Assembly: GCA_041651015.1 (NCBI GenBank) | Contig: JBAZKA010000001.1 | Location: 205,158-269,157, forward strand | Reading direction: 5' to 3' | Source: Patescibacteria group bacterium | Lineage (GTDB): Bacteria; Patescibacteriota; Patescibacteriia; Magasanikbacterales; GWA2-37-8 | DNA length: 64,000 bases | In this document: one piece after another, positions 40,518 to 51,892 of the stretch | Layout of the letters: each line of letters begins with the position of its first letter | Numbering within the stretch: the first letter of the stretch is position 1 | The notes under the pieces: model-generated | Seen by the model: the letters and a program-made list of their open reading frames with translations, nothing else | Told to the model about the DNA's origin: nothing | Databases searched by the model: none | Program-made: the position numbers and the translations under genes

Positions 40518-40595
40518 AGAGAAAAATTATGAATAAATCGACTCTTACGGTCGTGGTTAAAGTATATCAAATATAAAGACCCGGGACAAGGTAAG

Positions 40596-40623
40596 TAAAA
40601 ACCCCGTTTTCACGGGGTTTTTA
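40596..40623. terminator. bidirectional intrinsic terminator AAAAACCCCG-ttttca-CGGGGTTTTT
   Basis: GC stem flanked by an A5 run and a T5 run, immediately after atpC. Confidence 0.65.
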
Positions 40624-40627
40624 TAAA

Positions 40628-41059
40628 TTATTTTATTTCCGGTTTTATCTTCCGGTATTTGTTGCCAACTTTCAAGCGGATCATAGCTCTATCCAAAGTC
40701 GCCTGTAAGGCCGCGTATTCTTGACTGTCCATGGTTCGCTCTTCTTTCATCAGCTTCTCAGCGCGCTGTCTCGCCTCCTCGGCGCGGGCCACGTCAATTT
40801 CCTCGGCGCGCTCGGCCGTGTCAGCCAAAATAATCACGGAATTATCCGGTCTTATTTCCGCGAATCCACCCGTCACCGCGTGCGGATATTCAACATTATT
40901 TTTTTTACAAATCATTTCACCAGGTTTGAGCAAAGTGACGAGCGGAACATGATTGGGCAAGACAGTAATTTCACCATCAGCCGTGTTCAGTGTCACCTGG
41001 TCAATTTCGTCTTGAAAGACGATTTTTTCCGGAGTAATGATTTGAAATTTAAGAGGCAT
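40628..41059 (-). CDS. atpC: F1 ATP synthase epsilon subunit
   Basis: MPLKFQIITPEKIVFQDEIDQVTL...; last gene of the atp operon. Confidence 0.85.
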   Translation of the reverse strand: MPLKFQIITPEKIVFQDEIDQVTLNTADGEITVLPNHVPLVTLLKPGEMICKKNNVEYPHAVTGGFAEIRPDNSVIILADTAERAEEIDVARAEEARQRAEKLMKEERTMDSQEYAALQATLDRAMIRLKVGNKYRKIKPEIK

Positions 41060-41060
41060 A

Positions 41061-41199
41061 CCCAGTAGAAGAATTTTGAATTATTCGTAATTTGTCGGTG
41101 AATCAAATTTAATTTGATGTGTATATTTTCGTTTTGCCAATAGAAAATTTTATTTGATTTTGCCCGTTAGGCAAAATCGTTCAAAATTTCTCTACTGGG
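41061..41199. repeat. 139-bp element bounded by 19-bp inverted repeats (CCCAGTAGAAGAATTTTGA ... TCAAAATTTCTCTACTGGG, 17/19) with an internal 9-bp hairpin
   Basis: Read directly. It fills the whole atpD-atpC spacer, from 1 nt after the atpC ATG to 5 nt before the atpD stop. Internal hairpin GATTTTGCC-CGTTA-GGCAAAATC. Confidence 0.55.
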
Positions 41200-41203
41200 A
41201 TAG

Positions 41204-42580
<1,377 letters not shown>

Positions 42581-42604
42581 TTATTTGATAATATGTTATT
42601 AATA

Positions 42605-43504
42605 TTATAGGGCGGCGGCGCCACTAACAATTTCGGAAATTTCCTGGGTAATGGCCGCTTGTCTGGCTTTGTTGAAATTATAATTCAATTCTTTGATCAT
42701 ATCTTCGGCCGCGTCTGAAGCGTTTCTCATAGCCATCATGCGGGCGCTGTGTTCTGACGCGTCTGATTCCAAAATTGCTTGATAAACTTGCATTTCAATC
42801 AAACGGGGCAGTAATGATTCCAAAACTTTAACAGCTTCGGGTTCAAAAATAAATTCAGCCGCGGAAATCTTTTCTTTTTCCGTTTCTTTTATTCCGGCAT
42901 TGCCCAGCATTTCATCCTTGGAATTATCCAAAGGCAATAATTTTTTCACGCGCGGTATTTGTTTTACTGCGGTAACAAAATCCGTGTAAACCAATTGTAC
43001 TTCATCGTACTTTTTTTCCGCGTATTCCTTGACAATCATATTGGCGAGCGGGGCCACCTCGTCCACCTTCATGGTTAAATCCATTTTTTCAAATTCGGCC
43101 GTCACATTATGGCCAAATTGGGTGTAGATTTTTTTGCCTCGGGTGCCGTTGACAATAATATCCACCTCAACACCGGTTTCTTTGGCTTTTTTTACAAAAT
43201 TATTTGCTTCCACAAGAATACGGCTGTTGAAACCTCCGGCCATACCGCGGTTGGAAGCTACCATAATCAAAACAATTTTTTTGACCGGACGCTTTTCCAA
43301 AAGCGGATGCGAAGACATGCTGGTTTTCTCCGCCACATCAGTCAACATTTGCCAAGCATAAGACGCGTAACTGCGGGTCGCGAGAACTGAGGCGATTGCC
43401 CGGCGCATCTTTACCGCTGAAATCATTTCCATGGCTTTGGTGATTTTTTTCGTTGAGCCAACGGATTTGATTCGGCGCTTAATTGTCTTGGTGTTAATAG
43501 CCAT
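42605..43504 (-). CDS. atpG: F1 ATP synthase gamma subunit
   Basis: IKRRIKSVGSTKKITKAMEMISAVKMRRA N-terminal helix and the C-terminal coiled coil. Confidence 0.9.
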   Translation of the reverse strand: MAINTKTIKRRIKSVGSTKKITKAMEMISAVKMRRAIASVLATRSYASYAWQMLTDVAEKTSMSSHPLLEKRPVKKIVLIMVASNRGMAGGFNSRILVEANNFVKKAKETGVEVDIIVNGTRGKKIYTQFGHNVTAEFEKMDLTMKVDEVAPLANMIVKEYAEKKYDEVQLVYTDFVTAVKQIPRVKKLLPLDNSKDEMLGNAGIKETEKEKISAAEFIFEPEAVKVLESLLPRLIEMQVYQAILESDASEHSARMMAMRNASDAAEDMIKELNYNFNKARQAAITQEISEIVSGAAAL

Positions 43505-43511
43505 AACCTAA

Positions 43512-45011
43512 TTATTTTTTAGCAAAGTCCTCGCAAGCAGAACGTAAATCCTTTTCAACCGCTTCGTCCCAATTCCCGGCCGCGATTTTATCCAATAGAA
43601 CCGTATGGGTGCGAGTCATAAAATCATGAAATTTAAGTTCCCATTCGCGGATTTCTTTCGGGTCAATCGCGTTGGCAAAACCATTGGAAACCGCATAGAT
43701 AACCGCCACCTGGTTGCCGACCGGCATGGGTTCGTATTGCGGTTGCTTGAGGATTTCCACCAAACGTTGGCCCAAAGTAATTTGTTTTAAGGTGTCCGCG
43801 TCCATATCACTGGAAAATTGCGCGAACGCTTCCAATTCACGGAATTGAGCCATGGATAATTTTAATTTGCCCGCGACTTTTTTCATGGGTTTGATCTGCG
43901 CAGCCGCGCCAACGCGTGATACCGAGATACCAACGTTCAAAGCCGGGCGAATACCGCGATAAAACAAATCACTTTCCAAGAAAATCTGACCATCAGTAAT
44001 GGAGATAACATTGGTCGGGATATAGGCGGTCACGTCACCGGATTGGGTCTCAATAATCGGCAAAGCGGTAATTGAACCACCGCCAGATTCTTTATTACGG
44101 CGACAGGCGCGTTCCAATAAACGAGAATGTAAATAGAAGACATCACCCGGATAAGCCTCGCGTCCCGGCGGACGGCGGAGCAAAAGGGAAATTTCGCGAT
44201 AAGCCCAGGCTTGTTTGGACAAATCATCGTAAACGCACAAGACGTCTTTGCCTTGGTCCATGAAATATTCAGCCATGGCCACACCAGCATAAGGCGCAAT
44301 GTACAGAGTAGAAGCCGGATCAGAAGCGCCGGCCAGAACCACGATCGTGTAATCCATGGCGCCGGCTTCTTTTAACTTAGCGACAGTGCGCGCAATTTTT
44401 GATTCTTTTTGACCAATGGCCACATAAACACAAATCATGTCTTTGCCTTTTTGGTTGATAATCGTATCAATGGCCACGGCGGTTTTACCGGTCTGGCGGT
44501 CGCCGATGATGAGTTCGCGTTGACCGCGTCCGATCGGAATCATGGCATCAATCGCTTTAATGCCGGTTTGTACCGGTTGAGTCACGGGTTCGCGGGTCAT
44601 CACGCCCGGAGCAATTTTTTCTACTGGATAAAAGTTTTTCGTTTTAATTTCCACCCCGCCGTCAACCGGTTGTCCAAGCGGGTTGACTACGCGTCCAATC
44701 AGCTCTTCGCCGACCGGAACTGACAAAATACGACCGGTGCGTTTAACCGTGTCCCCTTCTTTTAAATGTTTGTATTCACCAAGTAAAACAGAACCAATGG
44801 TTTCATTTTCCAAGTTAAGAGCCACTCCGAAAGTGCCACCTGGGAATTCCAACATCTCATTAGATTGACAATTAGTCAATCCGGACATACGGGCGATACC
44901 GTCGCCTACTTCAGTGATGAGGCCAACCTCTTCGGTTTCCACATTCTTTTCAAACGAAGCAATATTTTTTTTCAATTCTTCCACTATATTTGCGATAGAC
45001 ATAAGTTTCAA
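43512..45011 (-). CDS. atpA: F1 ATP synthase alpha subunit
   Basis: [10 protein letters not shown]-loop. Confidence 0.95.
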   Translation of the reverse strand: MKLMSIANIVEELKKNIASFEKNVETEEVGLITEVGDGIARMSGLTNCQSNEMLEFPGGTFGVALNLENETIGSVLLGEYKHLKEGDTVKRTGRILSVPVGEELIGRVVNPLGQPVDGGVEIKTKNFYPVEKIAPGVMTREPVTQPVQTGIKAIDAMIPIGRGQRELIIGDRQTGKTAVAIDTIINQKGKDMICVYVAIGQKESKIARTVAKLKEAGAMDYTIVVLAGASDPASTLYIAPYAGVAMAEYFMDQGKDVLCVYDDLSKQAWAYREISLLLRRPPGREAYPGDVFYLHSRLLERACRRNKESGGGSITALPIIETQSGDVTAYIPTNVISITDGQIFLESDLFYRGIRPALNVGISVSRVGAAAQIKPMKKVAGKLKLSMAQFRELEAFAQFSSDMDADTLKQITLGQRLVEILKQPQYEPMPVGNQVAVIYAVSNGFANAIDPKEIREWELKFHDFMTRTHTVLLDKIAAGNWDEAVEKDLRSACEDFAKK

Positions 45012-45394
45012 ATTAATTGTTGTCTTAATTTTTGTAATTGAGTTTTAACGCTCGCGTCTAAAATATGATCTTTCGTCCGAATAATAATTCCGCCGATAAT
45101 TGTTTTATCAATTGTCTCACGTGATTCCACCTGATCGCCAAATATCTTTTTAATCGCTTCAATTGTTTTATTGTCCAGACTTTTGGCCGAAGTAATTTCT
45201 ATTTCATTGATTCCTTCCGCTTCTTTGGCATGCGTGATCAGTTCTTTGATTATTTGTTTAGCCATCTTTAAATTATGATTTTTAGCCAAAAGCGCCGTAA
45301 AATTATTTAAAATTTTCGGCAATTCATCTTTGCCGGCGTCTTTGGCTGTTTGATACAACGCGACCGCGTATTGTCTGGCGCTATTTTTTCTCAT
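45008..45394 (-). CDS. atpH: ATP synthase delta subunit (short form)
   Basis: Position between atpF and atpA; 128 aa; helical. Confidence 0.6.
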   Translation of the reverse strand: MRKNSARQYAVALYQTAKDAGKDELPKILNNFTALLAKNHNLKMAKQIIKELITHAKEAEGINEIEITSAKSLDNKTIEAIKKIFGDQVESRETIDKTIIGGIIIRTKDHILDASVKTQLQKLRQQLI

Positions 45395-45959
45395 AATTTA
45401 ATTTATTCAATGCCTCGGCAATCATCTCTTTGTCCTTTTTAGCATCAATTTTTTCACTCAAAATTCTTTCCAACGCGGCCACAACGATACTCGCGGTTTC
45501 TTCTTTTAAACCAATAATCATCTGATCGCGCTCGGCACCAATTTTCTTTTTAGCGGATTCCACCAAAGATTCAATTTCCACTCTGGTCTTCTGGCGAGAT
45601 TGTTCCGCCAGCGTATCAGCTTCATTTTTTGTTCTCTCCATAATCATACTGGCTTCAGCCTTGGCCATATCAATCTTTTCCTGGAAACCAAGCTCGCTTT
45701 GTTTCAGCATATCGTCAATTTTTTTGGAATTGGCGATACTATTATCAATCATTTTTTGCCGTTCTAATAATTTTTTTGTTAAGGGTTTAAGAATCAAAAA
45801 CCACAATACGACAAATACAATCGCGAAGTTAATAAGCTGAAAAATAAACAGTGAGCCGTTGATGCCCATGGATGCCAGCAAACCGGTATCGGCAGGCTCA
45901 GTGGCAATTGATTCGTGGGTTTCTTCACTGCTTGCGTAAGCGTAATCAATGAATGACAT
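45381..45959 (-). CDS. atpF: Fo ATP synthase subunit b
   Basis: N-terminal TM followed by a long charged helix. Confidence 0.7.
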   Translation of the reverse strand: MSFIDYAYASSEETHESIATEPADTGLLASMGINGSLFIFQLINFAIVFVVLWFLILKPLTKKLLERQKMIDNSIANSKKIDDMLKQSELGFQEKIDMAKAEASMIMERTKNEADTLAEQSRQKTRVEIESLVESAKKKIGAERDQMIIGLKEETASIVVAALERILSEKIDAKKDKEMIAEALNKLNYEKK

Positions 45960-46016
45960 ATGGTATTATAAATAATTTTAATTGATTGGCCGCCAATAGG
46001 CCGCCAATCTCAAAAA

Positions 46017-46334
<318 letters not shown>

Positions 46335-46342
46335 TTAATTTT

Positions 46343-47119
46343 TTAAACTGCTTCTTCAGTGTGCGGTTTGGTAGTCGCAGTGGTCAAATAAACGAGCGAT
46401 AAAATCGCGAACACACCCGCTTGAATCAAACCAACTAACAATTCCAAAAACATAAACGGCGTCGGCACAAGAAATGAAACCAAACTGCTCATAACGGTAA
46501 TTAAGATTTCACCGGCGAAAATATTTCCAAATAACCGGAAAGACAACGAGAGTACTTTGGCTAATTCAGAAATAATTTCCAATAATCCAACAAATAATTC
46601 AATGAACGCCGTAAGGATTGCGATCGGACCTTTGCGAAAACTTTTTACCAGCGGTTTAATCTGAATGAATTTTCCCACATAAGTGAAAAAACCAACAGCA
46701 ATCATACCCCAAACATGCGATACAATCAAAGTCACCAAGGTCATGGCAAAAACTAAATTCAAATCGGTGTTAGCCGGACGCAAAAGCATCTTCCCGCCAT
46801 AAGTAATACTGCCGGTACCCGGCAATAGTCCAAGCCAATTTGAGAGTAGGATAAAAAAGAAAACAGATCCGACTAATGGTAAAAACTTTAAAGTTTTTTT
46901 GCGATCGCCCGTCACTTGATCAAAAAAACCGAGAATTGATTCTAAAATAAATTCAAACACGTTTTGTAATTTACCCGGACGCAGCGAAATATGTTTTCTA
47001 AAATACAAACCGATAATCAAAAATACAACGATAGCGATCCATGTATTTACAATTGTATTGGTGACCGGCACCGAACCGATGTGAAACAAGACATCGGGGG
47101 CCATTTCCGGAATATGCAT
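46343..47119 (-). CDS. atpB: Fo ATP synthase subunit a
   Basis: 258-aa polytopic protein; the conserved Arg helix region is present (LSFRLFGNIFAGE). Confidence 0.85.
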   Translation of the reverse strand: MHIPEMAPDVLFHIGSVPVTNTIVNTWIAIVVFLIIGLYFRKHISLRPGKLQNVFEFILESILGFFDQVTGDRKKTLKFLPLVGSVFFFILLSNWLGLLPGTGSITYGGKMLLRPANTDLNLVFAMTLVTLIVSHVWGMIAVGFFTYVGKFIQIKPLVKSFRKGPIAILTAFIELFVGLLEIISELAKVLSLSFRLFGNIFAGEILITVMSSLVSFLVPTPFMFLELLVGLIQAGVFAILSLVYLTTATTKPHTEEAV

Positions 47120-47121
47120 AA

Positions 47122-47382
47122 TTATTTTTTATCAAGCGCATCAAACTCTTTGCCATATTTTTTCGCCTTTTCCATAATCACTTTAGCGGAAATCACAAAG
47201 GCGTTTACCAGACAAAGAATCAAGAATAACGGGTATTTGTCAAATTTTTCATCAAGATAAGTTCCACCAAACGCCGCTAAAACCGCTGGAATCGCGATCA
47301 ATAAACCCATATCCAGCATAATTCTTATGCCAAAAGCATAATAGGCGTGGTCGTTCTGCGTTTTGTTCGATTTATCCGCCAT
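47122..47382 (-). CDS. AtpZ/AtpI-like small membrane protein
   Basis: 86 aa with 2 TM helices (AFGIRIMLDMGLLIAIPAVLAAFGGTYLDEKF). First gene of the atp operon. Confidence 0.5.
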   Translation of the reverse strand: MADKSNKTQNDHAYYAFGIRIMLDMGLLIAIPAVLAAFGGTYLDEKFDKYPLFLILCLVNAFVISAKVIMEKAKKYGKEFDALDKK

Positions 47383-47407
47383 AGGATATGCAATTTAAGA
47401 CGCCAAT

Positions 47408-47436
47408 AGTTTACTAAATTTATCCGATAAAGTCAA
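47408..47436 (-). promoter_or_regulatory. putative atp operon promoter TTGACT-N17-TAAACT (minus strand)
   Basis: Read on the minus strand, about 25 nt upstream of the atpZ start. Confidence 0.4.
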
Positions 47437-47510
47437 GGGTATTTTGATTTTTTTGGGGATAAATAGCTCCCCGTACAGAGGCGGGAATGCCAAATTTCCA
47501 ATTTTCAATA

Positions 47511-48356
47511 TCAACTTCGCATTTTGTCAAACAGCTTTAACGCGTTTTGCTCCGTAATTTCGATAAATTCCGCCACGGTAAGGCATTTGATTTTAGCGAT
47601 GTATAAAGCCACTTCCTCCGCCATCCATGGCTCACAGCGTTCACCACGGTACTTTTGCGGGGCGAGGTATGGCGCGTCTGTTTCAACTAGCATTCTGTCT
47701 AACGGGCAATTTTTAACTACTTCAAGCAAATCCTCTTGTGGTTTGGGATTGGTTTTCTTTGGCGGAAAAGTCACTACACCGGTAAAACCCAAATAAAAAC
47801 TCATATCTAAATACTGTTTGGCAAAATTCCAATCTCCGGTATAACAATGAATCACGCCGCGCGGAATTGGGTTTAATGTTTTGAGCAAATCAATCATTTG
47901 CTGGTGCGCGTCACGCACATGAATAACCATCGGCAAATTTAATTCTTGCGCCAATTTGTATTGAGCGACAAATGCCTCGGTTTGAATTTTGATTGCCTCG
48001 TCCGCGGTAATGCCTTCGGGCAAATGATGTAATTCCAAACCACACTCGCCTATTGCGATTGTTTTCTCGTGCTCCGCGAGTTTTTTGTATTTATCATAAT
48101 CAAATTCTTCCTCGCGCGATTTGAATTTCACTTCTTCCTCATCAACCTCGGCGGAAATTAAATGAATTGGATGCAAACCAACGGTCGCGAAAACAAACGG
48201 ATATTTTTCCGCGTACTCAACCGCGCGAACGCTGGTGTCGTATTGCGAACCGACCACGTTCAAAACCATATCCTTATCCGCGCATTTCTTGGCCACAATA
48301 TCTGCGTCATCTTTGTACGCGGTGAATTGAAGGTGGCAGTGGGTGTCAATTAACAT
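47511..48356 (-). CDS. tatD: TatD-family metal-dependent hydrolase/DNase
   Basis: MLIDTHCHL at the N-terminus and later metal-ligand His/Glu/Asp motifs (IGECGLE, HVRDA, VETDAPY). Confidence 0.8.
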   Translation of the reverse strand: MLIDTHCHLQFTAYKDDADIVAKKCADKDMVLNVVGSQYDTSVRAVEYAEKYPFVFATVGLHPIHLISAEVDEEEVKFKSREEEFDYDKYKKLAEHEKTIAIGECGLELHHLPEGITADEAIKIQTEAFVAQYKLAQELNLPMVIHVRDAHQQMIDLLKTLNPIPRGVIHCYTGDWNFAKQYLDMSFYLGFTGVVTFPPKKTNPKPQEDLLEVVKNCPLDRMLVETDAPYLAPQKYRGERCEPWMAEEVALYIAKIKCLTVAEFIEITEQNALKLFDKMRS

Positions 48357-48359
48357 AAT

Positions 48360-50063
48360 TTATTTGAGCAATCGTCCGCCCCACTCCACGACCGTAAATC
48401 CTTTTCGGGTCGGCGTGGTGATTTTTAGCGGCGAGACATACATAAATTGATCAAGTGGCGTGTAATCCATAAATACACGAATCACTTTATCCGGTTTTGG
48501 TGAAACGGTAAGTGGCGCCAGTTCCTCAAATACTTCTTGCGAAACAAACGTGACATAAACATAAGGCTTGACTTCCAGTTTCGGCTGCCAAAATTCTATA
48601 AAGTCGGTTGATTCTTTTTCATTCAAACCCAAACGCGCGAGCAATGTTTTCATATTACGTCCGACATTTTCGCGTTTCAAAACAAAACCTTTATCCGGTG
48701 TCACGTAATTATATGCTTTGCCTTCCCAAAACAAATACGGATAAGACGCGTCGTCGGACAAATTTGTCAGTTCGCTCTTTGTGGTGGCCCAGACATTCCA
48801 ACCGTTATTATACGCCGGCTCGGTTAATTGAAATCCACCGTTCGGTTCAACTTTGACCGAAACGTTCATGTCTTTGGTCGGATACAAATAGATGACCGGT
48901 TTACCGCATTCGGCGCCTGATTGATATTTATTTTGATAATATTCAATCGCCGTACCAAAACCGTCTATCCAAACAAAGTATGGATGATCGCTTGCATATT
49001 TATCAAATGAAATTTTAGTTGAACTATCAATGTCGGGAAAATATACAATATTGTCAAAATATTTGTTTACCATGTCCGTATCTTTGTATTCATAGATCGT
49101 TTCACCGCTTGACGTTTTCCCAACCTCAATCAAATTCTTTTTATCAATCGTACTGTTTGATGCAATGGTGTTTAATCCGCCACATCCAGGTTCGCTTAAC
49201 CCACCATTAAATGATGACAATGGAATTTTAGTATCGTCATTAAAAATAATCGTCAGTTCTTTCGGTAAAAGTTCCGATCTGTATACGGCCACTCTTCCAT
49301 TTGAAAGAATGCCATAATACGCATACCCGTTACGTTGCGGCCTTTTTAGCACTACATTATTTTTTGAATAAACCGTGACATCACTATCACTAATTTCAAC
49401 TTTACCCGGCATCGCAGTCCATAAATAAGAGGCAACGGCATTTTTATTATCGCCGACAATTTTTTCTGGAAATATGTCGTATGATTCATCTATCAAAATA
49501 AATGAATCATTATAATACCGGTCAACTTTATCGGAAATAAATATATTTGAATAATTTTGACAAGTTGATGTTACATTCAATGTATTATTTTCAGCAATAT
49601 TATATAAACCACCGGTGATAACAATTTGTTTATTATCGTAAGTTATGATGCCATAAACAGAATCCATATCTACAAGGCCAAACTCAACATTAACCGGTTT
49701 ATTTTTGTATAGGAAATCAGAATAATAAATAAACGCTCCATATAAATCAGTACTGGTGCTCATTTTCCAAACGGCATTCTTTAATAGATCGTCCGGCAGG
49801 TCAACCTGTTGAATATTTGCAATTTTTTCCATGCAAGTCTTTACATTCTTTTCGTTTGTTTTCATTTGTTCAGCATTACGAGTCGCTTCTTCTTCACGCC
49901 GGATTGCTTTTTGTGCTATTTTTTCGGAATCCTGTTTGGTATATCGAGCGATATCCTGACTTTGTTCAATCTGATTTTTTACCAAATACAATACGGACGC
50001 GCAAGCCGCGATTGCGGCCACCGTTATAATTATCGCTAACAAATGTTTTTTTACCCACATCAT
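48360..50063 (-). CDS. membrane-anchored exported protein, unknown function (567 aa, Tyr/Asn-rich)
   Basis: N-terminal TM anchor followed by a large, probably beta-rich ectodomain. No motif recognised. Confidence 0.4.
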   Translation of the reverse strand: MMWVKKHLLAIIITVAAIAACASVLYLVKNQIEQSQDIARYTKQDSEKIAQKAIRREEEATRNAEQMKTNEKNVKTCMEKIANIQQVDLPDDLLKNAVWKMSTSTDLYGAFIYYSDFLYKNKPVNVEFGLVDMDSVYGIITYDNKQIVITGGLYNIAENNTLNVTSTCQNYSNIFISDKVDRYYNDSFILIDESYDIFPEKIVGDNKNAVASYLWTAMPGKVEISDSDVTVYSKNNVVLKRPQRNGYAYYGILSNGRVAVYRSELLPKELTIIFNDDTKIPLSSFNGGLSEPGCGGLNTIASNSTIDKKNLIEVGKTSSGETIYEYKDTDMVNKYFDNIVYFPDIDSSTKISFDKYASDHPYFVWIDGFGTAIEYYQNKYQSGAECGKPVIYLYPTKDMNVSVKVEPNGGFQLTEPAYNNGWNVWATTKSELTNLSDDASYPYLFWEGKAYNYVTPDKGFVLKRENVGRNMKTLLARLGLNEKESTDFIEFWQPKLEVKPYVYVTFVSQEVFEELAPLTVSPKPDKVIRVFMDYTPLDQFMYVSPLKITTPTRKGFTVVEWGGRLLK

Positions 50064-50064
50064 A

Positions 50065-51891
50065 TTAATTTGTATTAATAATTATTTTATTATCCTCAAA
50101 CTTATAATCCCCCAACCGGCTTTTGGCAATCCAATCACTCAAATATTTCGTTCTTTCGGCATACGGCATTTGCGACACTTGGCTCTTATTTTGTTCCAAG
50201 GCGGTCGGATAAATCGTAATACTATCACGGCGCAAAATTATTCCGATACCCAAACCTTGTTGCGTGGGCGTGGAAAAATACTGGTCAAAAACAAAATTTC
50301 CGAGAGAATAAAATATCGGACGATTTTTGTATATTTCCATTTCTTGTACCACGTGCGCGTGATGTCCGATAATTACATCCGCGCCTGCGTCAACAAGTTC
50401 ATGGCCCAGAGTTTGTTCACGGCTAACGGCAAATTCCTTGTACTCCGGCCCCCAGTGAATGTTTATGACTACAAAGTCAGCGTCATCATTTCCTTTTTTA
50501 ATCAATTCTTTTGTTTTAGGTAAATCAATCGGAGAATTGGTATCGTTTAAACCGATGAACGCGATATTGTAATCCCCCACTTTTTGTATAAGCATTGATT
50601 CATTATCCACGCGATACTGGCTGCCATAAACACCAAAGCCGTATTTTCGCAAATTTACTTTGGATTCTTCAAATCCGGCCGAGCTCATGTCCAAACTGTG
50701 ATTGTTGGCTTGGCTGAACATGCCGAAATTATACTTTTGCAGCATGGACAATAATTTTGGGTCAAACCTGAACGCGATCTCTTTGCTGGTCGCTCGGCGC
50801 GAGTCAGCAAACGGTCCTTCCAAGTTCGCGTGCACCACATCAGTGCCCATAAAAAAACGGTTTTCTTGGCCGGCCAATTTGGTAAAAATATAATCAGTAC
50901 CATATTTATCAATTTGTGTCTTAACGCTTCTATCCAACATTAAATCACCAAAGAATAATATTGAAGAAACACGGTCTTCGTTCTTATCACCAGCGACAAA
51001 AAATGGCGCGTAATAGCTTGTGGTTTCTTCTACTGCCGGATTGTTCATGCGCTTGTCCGAACTACCGGACATTTCATAGGAGATTTTTTGCGTGCCATTT
51101 TTTTCCATGGATTTAAGCAAGGCGTACAAACTCGGCGTGGAATCAATCTCCATGTTTTGAAACCTGTTATATTCAAAATTTTTAATCACGGCGCGATTTA
51201 ATTCGTCATGAAACTCGGCCATGGCCGGATTTTGATAATGTGAAAAATCAATTGAGGCGACAAAGACCGCGTCATCCGGTAAAAGCAGCCAAAGCGTTTG
51301 CAAAAAATTATCAACAGTGGAAGTGGGCGCGGTATAAGGGAAAATTATCGGAACAATTTTTGAATCAGGACAAAATTTAGCAATAAAACTTACTAAAGCG
51401 CCGATAGAGTGTTCATTGGTAAACGCATTGTAATTATCTTTCATTAAATTAGCGCCATATAATTTTTGTAAAATATTTTCTTCAACTTTTACCTTGCCGT
51501 ATGGCGTAGCCCAATCAGCTATGGCCGACACGACCGGCGCACCGCCGACCTGATAATGGTCGGGTCCGAAAACCACAATCACTGACGGCTTTTGTTTGCC
51601 CAAATATTTAAATAAGGTGGCGGGAATATTTCCGCCGACCAAGTGGTGTGGAGTGATCGCGCCTTTTATAATTCCAATATCACCGATATCCTCGGCTTGC
51701 GTAAATAACGCGTCATACAGCTCCGCATTATTGGGAATGGCTGGCAAATCCGGCGCATTAATTATTCTTTCTTCGGTATTATTATTGCCGGGCGAGGCAA
51801 CAACCGCATTAGTTTCTCGCGCATTAAATTTTACCGAGCCGCAGCCCGGTAAAATTAAAAAACAAAAAAATAAAGCGGTTATTCGTTTCAT
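50065..51891 (-). CDS. lipoprotein: N-terminal MEMO-like domain fused to C-terminal CapA/PgsA-type metallophosphatase domain
   Basis: Lipobox (LILPGCGS). N-terminal half: ITPHHLVGG...VVFGPDHY...ASIDFSHYQ (Memo-like). C-terminal half: GDLMLDR, GHHAHV and SLGNFVFDQ (the PGA_cap/CapA signature). Confidence 0.55.
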   Translation of the reverse strand: MKRITALFFCFLILPGCGSVKFNARETNAVVASPGNNNTEERIINAPDLPAIPNNAELYDALFTQAEDIGDIGIIKGAITPHHLVGGNIPATLFKYLGKQKPSVIVVFGPDHYQVGGAPVVSAIADWATPYGKVKVEENILQKLYGANLMKDNYNAFTNEHSIGALVSFIAKFCPDSKIVPIIFPYTAPTSTVDNFLQTLWLLLPDDAVFVASIDFSHYQNPAMAEFHDELNRAVIKNFEYNRFQNMEIDSTPSLYALLKSMEKNGTQKISYEMSGSSDKRMNNPAVEETTSYYAPFFVAGDKNEDRVSSILFFGDLMLDRSVKTQIDKYGTDYIFTKLAGQENRFFMGTDVVHANLEGPFADSRRATSKEIAFRFDPKLLSMLQKYNFGMFSQANNHSLDMSSAGFEESKVNLRKYGFGVYGSQYRVDNESMLIQKVGDYNIAFIGLNDTNSPIDLPKTKELIKKGNDDADFVVINIHWGPEYKEFAVSREQTLGHELVDAGADVIIGHHAHVVQEMEIYKNRPIFYSLGNFVFDQYFSTPTQQGLGIGIILRRDSITIYPTALEQNKSQVSQMPYAERTKYLSDWIAKSRLGDYKFEDNKIIINTN

Positions 51892-51892
51892 G

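Noticed and set aside
40345-40536. Listed +strand 63-aa ORF (His/Ser/Pro-rich: ...SHWHPSPPQEHVSSHLHSGPQSHV...)
   Set aside because: It is the antisense mirror of the minus-strand Cys-rich C-x-C peptide. The periodic Cys pattern on the minus strand is far more protein-like than this low-complexity frame.
47440-47470. GGGGA-taaatagc-TCCCC hairpin upstream of the atp promoter, considered as a tatD terminator
   Set aside because: On the minus strand it is followed by an A-run rather than a U-run. The 5-bp stem is weak.
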